NCBI GenBank assembly: GCA_051294375.1
Contig: CM119269.1
Coordinates: forward strand, 22,242,327 to 22,306,326
Length of the DNA: 64,000 nucleotides
From: Paraspadella gotoi
Lineage: Eukaryota > Animalia > Chaetognatha
Direction of reading: 5' to 3'
The translations under genes and the position numbers were made by a program. Each line of letters opens with the position of its first letter. Positions within the stretch are counted from its first letter, which is position 1. The notes beneath the pieces were generated by a model, which worked only from the letters and a program-made list of their open reading frames with translations, was not told where the DNA came from and searched no databases. This document shows positions 50,732 to 64,000 of the stretch, in pieces.

Positions 50732-52762
50732 TCAACTCCTTTGACGATACTTAACAACAACAACATTTTTTATCCCAAAGTCCATCATCTTCGGGTTCAA
50801 CTCTTTTGTTGACTCTGATGGGAGAATCTGGAATCTCCGCACAATCGTCGCCAGCGCAGTTTTGATTTCTGCGAGGGCAAAGCGCTGCCCAACGCAGTTG
50901 CGAAGCCCAAAGCCAAAAGGGACAAAGTAGGCGGGGTCACGGGCAGAGTGGGCGGATTTGGAAAATCTTGAAGTGGGGCGGGGGTTGGGGGTGTGGAAAA
51001 CAGTTGAGAGAAAACTATGTATTTATCATTCTCACTATCAAACTGTCATGTTTTTTAAAAGAACTAGAACTTTATCCTCCTTATTTTCCAACTTTGTTAT
51101 TAATCATAGGATTCTTAAATACCTCTCAGGATCAAACTTTTCTGGTTCCGGCCACACTTCAGGGTTGTAATGCAAAGCCCACATGTTCAGTGAAACTTGA
51201 ACATCTTTTTTGACAAGAAATTCTTGACCTAATCAAGAGTTTTAAATTACACCAAATGTTGTTATCTACTCATTAAAAGATTAAAACAATTAGCCAATCA
51301 ATTTTACAGACCGGAAGCGTCTGTAATGATGGAGTCTTGCAACGCTGTTCGCGAAGTAGCACCAAATGGTGCTGGCGGGCAAAGCCTCAAAGTTTCATAG
51401 ATGACCATCTCTAAGTATTCCATCTGTGTCAACTGATCAGCTGTCGGACATTCTTTTGAAGACTTGAGGATGGAATTAATTTCGTTGAAGACTCGTTCCT
51501 GGCAAAAAAGTTTTAGAATTATTAAGTAATCAGCAAATAAATTGATATTATTTACATTACCCTGTGTCCGTTTGCGAGTGACACCAAAAAAATGAGTACC
51601 ATTTCTCATTGGATAAATATTTTTTTAAATTTTCTTTCCTCATTCTACAACGAAATACTGGACGTTTATTATATTTTAATTTCATAGGATTAATTTGATA
51701 TTTGCTTATGTAAAACAACCTTTCTTAATGGTCATCCAATTTCATCTTCAGTTAAAAACTGAATCTTTTAAAAAAAGAAAATAATTATAAATTAATTACT
51801 TATTAATTACTTAAAATTATTAAAATTTATTTACACCATTAAATTAAGAATTATAATTAATTTAAAATAATTATTCAAGACCGTCAAGAACATGCTCAGC
51901 ACAGCATTTTTTTTTAATTGAACAGATTGTATAAGATTTACAATTTAAAAAAAAATTAAAAAATCATTACTCAGAAATTACTCAATATTACAATAATTCA
52001 GAAACGCCATTGATTAGACCATTAATAGGGATTTCCTATCATGTAAATTTTTTTTAAAATTCAATCTAGAACATGCCTAAAATGGTCTTTTTTCGACAAT
52101 TTTACTGTGTTTGATAAAAAATGAAACATAGAATAGTAAAAGAATTAAACACGAAATGAAACTTATAGATAAAAATCGTCCAGTAGTTCTCCAACTAATG
52201 CTATACTTATGAATTGTATTTATTAAATATTTAAAGTATAGTAAAGATTTTTTGGTGTCACTTGCAAACGAACACGGAGTATGTTACATACCTGGATGTC
52301 TTGATGTTTTGCTAAGAGGTAGGTAATGTAAGAAAGAGTTCTGCTCGTAGTTTCAAATCCACCAATTATCATGGTCGCTGCCTGCAGAGAAATCTCGGCC
52401 TCTGGAAAGAAAGGGTTTTTATTGTTTGGCTTGATCTATAATTTTAACAAACAGCGCTTTATTTACTAAGAGTCCATTGTCCAAAGTCAGGGGCAAGATA
52501 GCTAATTCTTCAAATGAACGGATGAATTTTATATTGGTTGTACCAATTTCCCATCAACTATTATTTACCTGTCACTCCCTTGATGGGATCATTGACGTGG
52601 GCCAAAGATTCAACTTCAGATTCAAACAAAAGACCAACGAAGTCGTCCCGTTTCTTTGCTACTTCCGGATGGAGGCGCGCCTCTTCTTTTCGCGTCCTAC
52701 GCCAGTACGTCAGTGGGAGAGAATTAGTAAAATAGATTTTAATCTCACTCAATCTCACCAAA

Positions 52763-52798
<36 letters not shown>

Positions 52799-54493
52799 AA
52801 AAACAATCGAATCTGAGAATTCGTCTGGGAAATCTCTCACACAGTAAATCTCTCACACAGTAAATCTCTCACACAGTAAATCTCTCACACAGTAAATTGA
52901 GGTATGACAGTGAAATGTTTTTCAACATCTTTTCAGTCTGATGTTGATGTTGCGCGTCTTTCCCTTTTTTCTGAGAGCACTTTTTTGAACCAAAAAGAGA
53001 TGCAAGGCCTTTAGCATTGAGAAATTAAAAAAAAAATAACTAATTCTATTCAAAATAAAAACAAATAACTAAATACGCAAAATGGTAAAAAACTAAATAT
53101 GACATTTTTTGCCATTTTTCATTTGAAGTAACAATATTTTTTTCCCTGTAACTTCTAAACGATTTGACCGACAAAAAAATAGAAGGAAGCTACTAAAAAA
53201 AATTCAATGTAGATTTGGAAACATTCTGATTTTTTTTAAATCAAATAGGTTTTCGAGTAGATATTCTTTATTAAAAATGTGATATACTTTTTTCCAAGAT
53301 AGTATTAAATCCCAGTGCCCTTACCAACCAACTCACTTAATCAACTTTCTTGACGCCAGCAGCATCGGATCAGTGTCGTTTGAGTTAAATATTTTGTCAT
53401 AGAATTGAACGAATGGAATAAATCGCTGAGAAATGAGGCAGAGAAAGATTTTGAGCGAAGTCCTGTTGACGCCACGAACGAGACGAAGCGCGGCATCGAG
53501 GATGTAATGGTGTTGTCTGAAGATAATTATGTGGAGAAAACAGTTGGGGGAAGTGATAATTTTGTATCATTGGAGGATTTGTTTCGCCCTGTACCTTTGT
53601 GAGTTGACCTTCAGTCCAAAGGCGCAGAGGTTAACTGCGTCTACAGCGAGTTTCTGATAAAAGGGGATCACATCAAACTCGGCCTCACCATCCTTGTTTA
53701 GTCTGAAAGGTGAGGTCAATAGAGTAAGTAAGTGGCAAAGCTTTTTTTTAAGTAGTGCACTAACTAAATGGCTGTATATTACAAAGATATAAAATTAATA
53801 AAATTTGATAAATTTATAATCAAGCATAAAACATGAATATAAAGACCCATGAAAATTTTTTTTAAACAAATTTATTTTGAAATTTTATATATTACTGGCC
53901 ATTAGTAAGCTCTATTTATATATTGTATTAAGCATATAATAGGCTTTCTTACAAAAAGTTGAAATGAAAAAGTATAATTCATATTGTAATATAGTTTTTC
54001 ATGGTAGCCATTCTGACATGATGTGACTCATTCAAATAGGTTTTTTTGATTGTCTTTACTTTCCAGAAGAGAAAGAAGTGTAAAAAATAACATTTTATTA
54101 GAACTATTTTTTCAAGAGGATGTCTTTGACATATATATAGAAATATACAAATATTTTATACTTATTTTTCTGCCAACAAGTAAAGACCACCCAAAAACTA
54201 TTTAAAAGTATAATTCATATTATTTCATTATATTAGTCAATAATATAAAAAACTATATTTACAATTCTGGATTTCTACTTCATAACATAATTTTTAAAAA
54301 ATATTAGCATTTTCTTTTATAAACGTTCGATGAGGAATCTGAATTTAAATGAACTGACTGGGTTACTTCATTAGTAAAAAAATAAATACAGATAAGTATT
54401 TAATAATAGGACAGTTTTCAAGATATAATTGCTAAATTTATATTCCAAACTTTCACTTCACCCTACTATTTGAAATTGGTACAACCAATATAA

Positions 54494-54524
<31 letters not shown>

Positions 54525-56318
54525 TATAAATATATAAGTTTGCTTTACAAAACTTGTAAATATTTATATATTTTTTTAGTTTGTTTTAATTTTGTAATAA
54601 TTACACATTTGTCAGGTATTTTCTACCAAATTCTCCCTACTTTTCTGCGACGATGTCAACAAATGCGGCGACGCAAGAATTAAAAGTCGACGTCATTCCT
54701 TTGATTCGATTTCCGGTGAAAAAAGGAGAAACGATGGAGCGAATTGGACGCCATCTCTCGTAGTGGACGCCGATGAGAATGTTGCGAGCGGATTCGGGCT
54801 GAGGGAGGATGCCTTGTGGTGGAAAAGAGAGAGAGAAGGAATGATATGGAAGGCGAGAAAGTTTCGTTTAACAGTTTGTTATTAGGTAGGTAGGTATTAT
54901 TCCTTGGTATATTAATGGAGCAGCCTTTTTATGAAATTGAAACAGTTCCTAAAAGCATTATATACCATTTGCTTGAAAGGGAAGGCAGGTACTTTTGGAG
55001 TGAAAGAACAAGACTGTGAGAGAGTCTTGATTCAAAGCTTGCTGGGTCCTGTTATGAAATTGGTACAACCAATATAAAAAATTATCCATTCATTAAATAA
55101 ATTAGCTATCTTGCCCCTGACTTTGGACAGGCTTTGGTAGTTTATGGCCTCCATAATTTTGTAAGTCAGGGTCAAAATAGTATATTTATTAAATGAAACA
55201 ATTATTTTTATATTAGTTGTATAAATTTCATATATTATTCCCTGGTCTATACTTGTTTTAGCAGTCTTTTTTTACAATTAAACAGTTCTTAAAAACATTA
55301 TATCTCTTTAATGATTGGGAAGCACGTACTAAGGAAGTGAATAAACGAGATTGTGAGGTAGTATTGTTTAAAGGCTTGCAGGACACTGCTGGGAAGATAT
55401 TGCTTATTGATTTTTTTATAAATCTAATATTATTAGTTTATTAAATATTTGTGTAATATTTCTGTAATGGAAATCGTTCGTTCAATTACGATGGTCTGAT
55501 TTTTAAAATAAAATGCGTAAAAATTATAAAAAGTCTGTTCATCTGATTATATTCCGACAGAAAGACCGACAAACGGACAGCAAGACCAAAAGCATTCATC
55601 CAATTCTAACCGATTCTTCTGTTGGGAAAGAGATGAAAGTCTTTGACGAAGACGCTCTTGATTACATCCGGGTCTGAAGTGAGAACGTGAGGGATGGAAC
55701 CGAAAAAGACGCCGAATGTTCGACCGAATTTCTTTCAAGATTTAAAAATCCTTCTTTGGTTCCGTTTCCATTGTCCATGTCTGAGGGTAGGGAACATCAT
55801 CATTATCATCATCTTTATTATCATCGTCATCATCATGATCAACGTTAGCTGTTCACTGTTGAGTATCTTTTTTTACATTGTTTATATTTTATAGTAATGA
55901 CAGAACAACCCGCTACATAATGTTACTAGCTAATTCTTATTTTTCGCCAACGATTTTGTTTTGTTAACCAATTTTTTCGATTATCAGTTTTCCTCATTTT
56001 CTCTATCACCTTTTTTAACCACCTCTTCCTCCTCCTCCTCCTATCCCACTCCCTTCTCTCCTCCTCATCCATCCATCACCCCCCACCTCTTAACCCCCTT
56101 CCCCTCCCTACCAATCTTGGCCTTATTTTTCAAAAACGCCCCAATTCCATCTCAAAATTTGAAATTAGGTTACGGTTAAGGGTTAGGGATTAGAGTTAGG
56201 GATTAGTTTATTGATTGAGGTTAGGGATTGGAGTAGGTGATTAGGGTTAGGGACCAGAGTTTTAGGTTAGGAGTTAGGGTTAAAAATTAAGATTTGAATT
56301 ATAAGTTTAACTTTAAGA

Positions 56319-56408
<90 letters not shown>

Positions 56409-56691
56409 TTATTATTAAGGTTAAAATCAAATTTCGGGATAAATGAACAGAATTAGGGTGCTCTGGGAAAATAAAGCCAAAAATCTCACCCTTCAAATTC
56501 CCAAAAATGAATCCAGGTTTGGGTCCATCGATTCCGCATCGAACGAACAACCGGAAATGAATCCATCGATCGATGAGAAAGATCGATGCCAAGAGGAGCG
56601 ACGCCACGCCCAACAGGAGCGACGGCGAGGGGAGCGAGGGTAGCTCCAGCGAAGAGAGTTGGAGCGGATCGAAGTTAGACAAGAAGTACAT
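50732..56691 (-). CDS. Cytochrome P450 copy B (CYP3-clan-like), 10 exons
   Basis: MYFLSNF..LLLGVASLLLASIFLIDRW..GIDGPKPGFIFGNL, WRPIR, AATMIIGGFETTS, ETLRLCPP, PEKFDPERF and FGFGLRNCVG, with stop at 50732-50734. Intron positions match copy A. One base is missing in a homopolymer at ~55733 (exon 2). Confidence 0.93.
51560..52279. mobile_element. Tc1/mariner-type MITE in a CYP-B intron
   Basis: TIRs ccctgtgtccgtttgcgagtgacaccaaaaa / tttttggtgtcacttgcaaacgaacacggag, flanked by TA on both sides. The same intron in CYP-A is only ~70 bp. Confidence 0.85.
55053..55231. mobile_element. Small palindromic MITE family (fragments at ~32098-32240, 52478-52550, 54472-54495)
   Basis: atgaaattggtacaaccaatataaaaa ... 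tttttatattagttgtataaatttcat, with inner gctatcttgcccctgactt / aagtcagggtcaaaatag. Confidence 0.7.
56120..56475. mobile_element. MITE-like element carrying degenerate TTAGGG arrays (relatives at ~15480-15780, 18985-19260, 62795-63150)
   Basis: Imperfect terminal IRs ttattttcaaaaacgcccc / gggtgctctgggaaaataa surround ggttagggattagagttaggg runs. Confidence 0.55.
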
Positions 56692-59600
56692 CGTTGCGAA
56701 GAATCAAGAAGTATTCCTGTGATTAAGTTATATCCATGTTTATTTTCTGGTTTTTGAAAATTCACTTGGACTATCTGTTTATTTTGTTTTCTTTTTGTCT
56801 GTCCTTCTGTTTGTTTTTACTTTTCTGTCCGTCTTTCTGTTTTGTCTGTTTGTTTTATCTTTTCTATTTGTCTGATTCTGTTTGTTTTATCTTTTCTGTT
56901 TTCTTGCTTTTCGTCAGTCTACTTTCTAACCTGTCAGTTTAAGGAGCAGTCGTAAGTGTTTGCAAGACTTCCATTCATTATTTTAAACTTTAAATTTATT
57001 TCCAACGAACTTTACACAATTTTTTATTCTTTTTTATTCTAAACGAGTAAATTTTAATTAACAGTAAACTAATCGATTAAATTAAATTAAATTAAATTAA
57101 ACTAACCTGATTAAATTCTATAAAAAAGATTGTGGTATATAATCCTTTCTTTCGTTGTGTTTTGATTAAGAAAAAGTTTGATTTGTTTACAACAACGATT
57201 TGTTCAATCAAAATTTTTCTTAATAAAAAAGATTGAAAAAAAAATTGTTACATTGAATATTCTTTCATAAAAATCAATATTTATTATCGTATATTCAGAA
57301 GAAACTAAAATCAGCGGCAGAAATTTTGTAATAACCAGATTTTTCTTCTTAATGAGATTAGATTCAAAAAACTTTCGTAACAAATTTATTTTTCGGAACT
57401 CGTGACTTTATTGAAGACTTTTTTAGTAGTTTTTTGGTCGGTCGGTGGGTTAAATCAGTAAAGACAAAAACGTTTAATCATTAAATTCGTTCAAAGAATT
57501 GCAGCATGTTACATATTTAATTTTTATCTCAATAATAATCAGAATCTGTTAGAAAACTCGAAATCAAAATTTAAAAATCCCAAAATCCGTAACTCTGGCA
57601 ATTAGCGATATATGTTCGATATATGTTATAATAAGAGTTGAACTATTTAAGTTTCGTTGCATTTAAATAAATATATTACTGCAAAGTAACATACAACCTT
57701 TATACATTTTATTTTATTTCTTATACTTATTTAATCTTGTTTATTAATTCAAAATGAAGATAAAAACAAAATTTGATTATAACAGATATCTTGTATGATC
57801 GTATTTAATCAATTTTGCTTAATTTTTAAAAGAGAAGGCAGAAAAGATAAGAACTTTAACTTTAAGGTTTTTTTTTCTAAAAGAAAGAAAACAGAAAAGA
57901 GATACATAGTATTTATTTTTTATTTATTTATTTATTCAATCGCCTTTTATTTAGCGAAATACGATCTAAGATGATATAACTTATATCATCTTATCATCTT
58001 ATTATCTTATCTATCAATCAATTCACGAAACAAGTTTCTTTTTAAAAAACCGTTAGCATTTTGTTAGAAAGATATTTTTCATTTCGGTAGCGCGACATCT
58101 ATCAGACTCTCTGAAAAACGATGAACAAAAGATCATAGTGATTTTTTTTTTTAAATTAANNNNNNNNNNNNNNNNNNNNNNNNNNNNNNNNNNNNNNNNN
58201 NNNNNNNNNNNNNNNNNNNNNNNNNNNNNNNNNNNNNNNNNNNNNNNNNNNNNNNNNNNNNNNNNNNNNNNNNNNNNNNNNNNNNNNNNNNNNNNNNNNN
58301 NNNNNNNNNNNNNNNNNNNNNNNNNNNNATGCTTAAAATCGTCGTAAATAACTTCAACTGTCAACTATGTTATTAATACATTCCTGAACTGACTTTTTCG
58401 AAACTCATCTCTCGACGCACCCGACCTGCACTAAACTATCGAAATCTCAGGTGCCATCGTCTGAGACGAAAACAGTAAAGAAACAGTTCCAATTCAGTGT
58501 TGCCTGACCTTACCTGTCCTCATGCTATTCCTCTCTCTCTCTCTCTCTCTCTCTCTCGTCATCTCCGTCGTCCTCTCTCTCGTGCTCATCTCATCTTCAT
58601 CTCTGTCTCATCTGCTCTCACTCTGCTTCCTGATGGAAGTTTGTTTGCTCGCTCCATTTCATTAATAATGCGCTTTTCCTGTAGCCGTATATATCTACCT
58701 CTGAGGTATAGGGTCAGAGCAGTTATGTACGACCGACTTTTTCGAGCTGCGCAACGGTGCGATGAAAGTCGCCAGCGACTGAGTTTAGCGTTGTCGAAAG
58801 GTCGAGATTTCGGACTCATTATGCAGGATCGACATGCGCGAAGGAGGCATTGAAGATTCGAAGTTAACGCCTCTAGAGATGTTCGGGAGAGTCAATTATT
58901 CATTGGTAGCTGAATTCAATGTTGGTGCATATAAATAGCGGTAGCCCAGGCGACTCCAAGTTGGCCGTTGAGTCAAAGAATTAGTGGAGAGTGAGTACAG
59001 TGCTCAAACGAAGTATGTTAGGAAGAATACTGTTCAAGTGGACACAAGAAAACAATTTCTAAATCATGGCTCGTGATAACCCTAGTAATCTAATGTTTTT
59101 AGATATGTGGTATTTAGTAGATAGGAAAGGCCAAGAAGATGTTGTTTTGAAGAGGGTTTTTGAAATTTTAAGAAAACCCAGATTGTCAATACGTCATAAG
59201 AAAGCTTGTCTACACAAAGTATAATGTCTTTATTGTAGAAATAGTTTTTGGAAGATGAAGTGTGTCAACAAAATTGAAGTGAAAAGACCAATACAAAGAA
59301 TATCAAATGCATCATCGATGCGAATCTTGTGTGATGATTTTAAGTCAGTTTTGTTTGTTATGCATTTTTCCAGTTGTACAAATGTTCTTGTGTTTTAAAC
59401 TTTTTGTGGCTCTATCACGAATTCTGAATTCAAAAAGATTTTAGAGTTTGAAAAAAAAAAATTTTGACTCTATAAGTAGCATAAATGATTTTAATTAGCT
59501 AGTACCTCTCAGAAGAACGCATTGTTGTAGAGCAAAAAATAATTTTAGATATGTTTACAGAAAATAGGAACTAGAAAAAGCAAATAACAGAAAGTGAAAT

Positions 59601-61138
59601 TCAATGTTTATTCGAATTCAAGTAAAACAAAATTTTTCTTTAATTAATGATTCAATATGAATACACAAAAGTGAATTTAATGTTTATTGAATTCAAATAA
59701 AAACAAATTTCCTTTTCTTTCGCTTTTCTTCTTTTTCGCTATCACTTATATTTCGTTATCTAATTTTCAAATGCCATTTAATTTTTTTATAAAAGGAATT
59801 CTATATGTGCATGATTTACTTCATCCATTGCTTTTAAAATTACTTTATATAAAAATCTGGCAATATTCAAAACGGTGAATAAAAATCAATTGGCGAAGTT
59901 TAAATCAATTTCACAAAATTGGATGTGAATCAGTTATATATAAAAATTCTTAAAATCAATATATTGAAGAATAATATAGAAAAAAATATATTGATTGCTT
60001 TGTGCCAACAAATCTCGTTTTTTTTCTTACAATTAAAAAACAAACATTGTTGCCTGAAGTAACATCATGCTACGCTAAAAACAAATTTTAAAAAAAAATC
60101 ATCGAAAATTAATAAATATGATATTACAGGATCAAATGCAAATTCATTTATCATGAATCGTTGTAAGCAACAGAATAGATGCTAGATAGTGATTTTTTCT
60201 TTACACGCGATTTTGAAGAGCTTAAGTGGTCTCTTTTAAATTATAGAATTTCTGTGCAAAGCTCATCTTACAGCAATATGGACAACTATTATTGGTTTTT
60301 TTTAACGCGAACACTTTTCTCCAACTTAGAATCATTTTCAGATTATGCAATAATGTCATTCTGAGAATTGTTTATCGTCAGAAACAAGGAAAACAAACAA
60401 ATTGTCGTTTCTTCCCCATTTGTTATATTTTTGCGAACAAACACCAACCACCGAGCCATGAACAAGGAACTGCGCATTTAAAAAGAATGAATGGCAGTCT
60501 TTGTTGGCATTTATAACATGTCTTTTTTAATGCTACAATGATTAACGACCCTGAAAATTTCTCATTTATTTCAATATTATTTGGACAAGTTCTATAGTAT
60601 CCCAAATGGCGGGTTTTCCAAATGGGGGTGGAATTTCCAATTCGCAAATTTAAATTTATCAAAGTTTTTGTAAGACATTTAAAAAACCAAGTTTCCAAAC
60701 CACATATTGACAAAGTCCTTTAATTTGTTAACAGCTTAAAGGTGGAGACAACGGTTAACGCTTTATTTGGTTACACCGTCGCCCATGATCCGGGTTATTC
60801 AACTCCAGATGAAAAATATATTTTTTTAATTCCCTGCAATTTAATTGTAAGAATTTTTTTTTATTTATCTCGTTTAAATTTAATCAAAATAATATTATAT
60901 AAAGGATTGTCTTGTTGATTGTTGTTTTTTTAATAAAAAATTTCAAACCCTGGTCTTTAAGAATGAATCTGAAAAGTGAATTCATTCTTTTAAAAACCGT
61001 TTTGTTAGTCCATGTCACTCTTAAAAGAGCAAGGAAAACTTTCAGTCTCATAATTCGTGATTAGTTTCCCATGTTATTATACTGCCAATGGGACGTGAAT
61101 TCAATTTATAAATTCAACTAAATAATATCGTCATCATC

Positions 61139-61525
61139 AACGGATCTCATCAAACTGAATTATCCATAAATGAATCTGAGAAGTTGAATTACATTACAAT
61201 GGAAAACTGACAAACGAACCTCATCAATCAAGTAATGACTTGTAAACCAATTTCCAGTTGGTTTCCTTTATATTTTTTTTACCCATTATTTTAACTGTAA
61301 TGAAGATTCATCACTGATTCAACAAAATAAATTCATCCTCTAACGGATCTCATGCAACTGATTTCATAAAATGAATCTCAGAAGTTGAAACTTCAGTTAC
61401 ACATTGAAACTGACAAACAGACTGCATCGAATCAATATAATGACTTGTTAAACCATTTGCCAAGTGTTTCCTTTATATTTCTTTACCCGTTTTATTTTTT
61501 AGTGTAATTGAATTCACTGCAATTG
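61139..61525. repeat. ~200-bp diverged tandem duplication
   Basis: aacggatctcat...aatgaatct.agaagttgaa...aaactgacaaac...aatgacttgt occurs at 61139 and again at 61342. Confidence 0.75.
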
Positions 61526-63544
61526 ATCACCGTATGAAATTTGTCTCATATCTTTTTGTTGCCCTGGAAATGAATGGCTTAGTCTTTTTCACGTCAATGC
61601 AATTCATAATTAGGAGGAGTAGTGAAGGAGTTAAGAGGAGGAAGGAAGAAGTAGAGAAGCCCCGAAATAAAACAGGGAGTGCATTTAATAGAAGATGCAG
61701 GGGCATGAATACATTAAAATCCATGAAATCGATGATTTCATGTACCTATGAGGTCTCGAACTCATAGTCGAATAAGGGCTCCTGACTCTAATAGCCTCCT
61801 CTTCCTCCTCCTCCTCCTTCTCTCCTCCTCTTCCTCCCTCTCTCCCCCCTCTCCACCCCTCTCCTATTCCCCCACGCACCTTACCGTATTCCATGACTCC
61901 TTCTCCTAAATTTCCTGGAACCAAAGAGAGATTTCCTTACCCAAAACTCAGTTCCTCTCGCGTGGCCGGTCTTTTTCTTGCTCTTCCTTCTCCCATAGAA
62001 ACGACCCGTGTCTTTCCTCATCTTTGCCTCCGTTTCCGCTCTCGCGTTCCTAAGCAACGACTTACCATCATGAGCTTGTTGAACTTACTATTTCGGACTA
62101 ATTCTTTTTAACATTGTTTATAACATCTTTTGGGGAGATTAGTAAGATATTTTTTTTTCGATTTCAAAGGACCTTAATGATGCCCAAAAAAACTCGGGAA
62201 CATTTCCGCCAGGATTTTGAACTTTTTTCTCCCAAAAAAAATAATTGCAATTAAGGCTTAAGCTTCGAAAATCGATCGCTGACGTCGTTGTCATCGTCGT
62301 AGTCGTCGTTGTCGTCGTCCTCTTTGTTATCTTCGTCGTCATCATCTTTTTCTTCGTCGTCGTCGACGTCGCGGTCAGCGGCGCGTAACGCGGAGAAACG
62401 CAGAGAAGGTAGAATAAGGCAGGAAACGCGCGCAGCTGAAAGGTAAGTTTATCGGAAAAGGAAAGGAAAGAAAGAAAGAAAGAANNNNNNNNNNNNNNNN
62501 NNNNNNNNNNNNNNNNNNNNNNNNNNNNNNNNNNNNNNNNNNNNNNNNNNNNNNNNNNNNNNNNNNNNNNNNNNNNNNNNNNNNNNNNNNNNNNNNNNNN
62601 NNNNNNNNNNNNNNNNNNNNNNNNNNNNNNNNNNNNNNNNNNNNNNNNNNNNNNNNNNNNNNNNNNNNNNNNNNNNNNNNNNNNNNNNNNNNNNNNNNNN
62701 NNNNNNNNNNNNNNNNNNNNNNNNNNNNNNNNNNNNNNNNNNNNNNNNNNNNNGGAGAAAAGAAAATAAGGAAAGAGAAAATGAGAAAAAAAAAGTGGGG
62801 AATAATAGGCACTATATTCCGAAAGCGACCCATTTTTGTTTTTAATAAAAGATTTATATATTTTTTAAAAATAATCATTAAATAAGATATTTTTCTTAAC
62901 TTGAGAAGCTTAAGTAGGTAAAAGCCTCTATCTAACAGGATAATAATATAGTTAAAAATATATAACTATAACTTTTATCAAATATCTTATTTCTAATCCC
63001 AATATTTAACCCTAATCCCTGACCATAATCCTTAACACTTATCTTTAATCATAATATTTAACTTAATTTTTAAACCTTTATATTAACATAAAATTATAAA
63101 TATAAACTAAAATGGTGCGCTTTTAAGTAACAGTGCCGAAAACCCCGAACGGAAATCTCGGAGGGAGATCAATAAAGGGTAGGATTTCTCTCTGGAGCAA
63201 CAGAGTCACAAACGGAGGAGTAAACATTGAAAAGTAAACAAGGATGAGAGAGACAGAGACAGAGTGGGGAGAGGGAGGTAGAGAGAGAGAGAGAGAGAGN
63301 NNNNNNNNNNNNNNNNNNNNNNNNNNNNNNNNNNNNNNNNNNNNNNNNNNNNNNNNNNNNNNNNNNNNNNNNNNNNNNNNNNNNNNNNNNNNNNNNNNNN
63401 NNNNNNNNNNNNNNNNNNNNNNNNNNNNNNNNNNNNNNNNNNNNNNNNNNNNNNNNNNNNNNNNNNNNNNNNNNNNNNNNNNNNNNNNNNNNNNNNNNNN
63501 NNNNNNNNNNNNNNNNNNNNNNNNNNNNNNNNNNNNNNNNNNNN

Positions 63545-63576
<32 letters not shown>

Positions 63577-64000
63577 AAAACAAAGTAAGTTTACTGACGA
63601 CGAATCGTTAAAAATTTTCTCTTTTGTTTCACGTTTTTTAGATGAAAAGAAGTATGAAAGTTGAATTAAGATTAAGAGATGAGATTAGGAATTAAATTAG
63701 ATTAGATTAGATTATAAGTAAGACTATATTACATGACATGAGGAAATTGTCTTTGACATAAACTGGATTATTGCCTCCTCTCACAAGATAATAACATAAC
63801 AGGAACCTGCAAGCTTTCAATTAAGACTCTCATATACGAGTTAATTTCCAGACAATAAGGTTATAAGTTTAAGAAGAAAGGAATTCTAAAAATATTGAAA
63901 GTACAATGATTCAAAATAANNNNNNNNNNCTAAAAATATTAAAAGTACAATGATTCAAAGTAAACGTTTGTAATTTGGTTACAAAAGGTGGATATTCGTC

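Noticed and set aside
47745-55740. Calling both P450s pseudogenes because of frameshifts (exon 1 of A, exon 2 of B)
   Set aside because: All catalytic motifs and splice sites are intact and the assembly shows pervasive indel noise. The status is unresolved without reads.
56165-56290. True telomere or chromosome-fusion site
   Set aside because: The tract is short, degenerate, intronic and repeated at several interior sites.
58380-59100. Possible LTR or the 118-aa ORF at 58497
   Set aside because: It is a higher-GC patch with a TATA-like motif, but no second LTR, PBS, TSD or protein motif could be identified. It is also next to a gap and noisy.

Overview
AT-rich, intron-rich metazoan (invertebrate) genomic DNA from a gappy assembly with many indel errors. 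Nothing prokaryotic or CRISPR-like is present. From left to right: (1) a ~4.7-kb non-coding block of mini/microsatellites present twice in tandem (1-8.3 kb). (2) A 19-exon nicotinic-receptor-like Cys-loop channel gene on + (~11.7/12.1-25.0 kb) that I spliced by hand. It lacks the loop-C vicinal cysteines and has an anion-type PGK motif in place of GEK before M2. (3) A locally duplicated cluster of orphan secreted low-complexity proteins (26.5-38 kb): a Ser/Glu (SEES) repeat protein, a Gly/Asn repeat paralog and degraded relatives. (4) A damaged multi-pass membrane, possibly gustatory-receptor-like, gene on - (39.5-41 kb). (5) A tandemly duplicated two-gene cassette (43-56.7 kb) made of an intronless secreted peptide ending in Gly-stop, convergent with a 10-exon clan-3-like cytochrome P450. 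(6) Many non-autonomous elements: DINE-1/HINE-like Helentron derivatives, hAT- and Tc1/mariner-type MITEs, tRNA-SINEs, a LINE fragment, and a dispersed repeat with twister-ribozyme-like features. All calls were made by eye and no database search was run.
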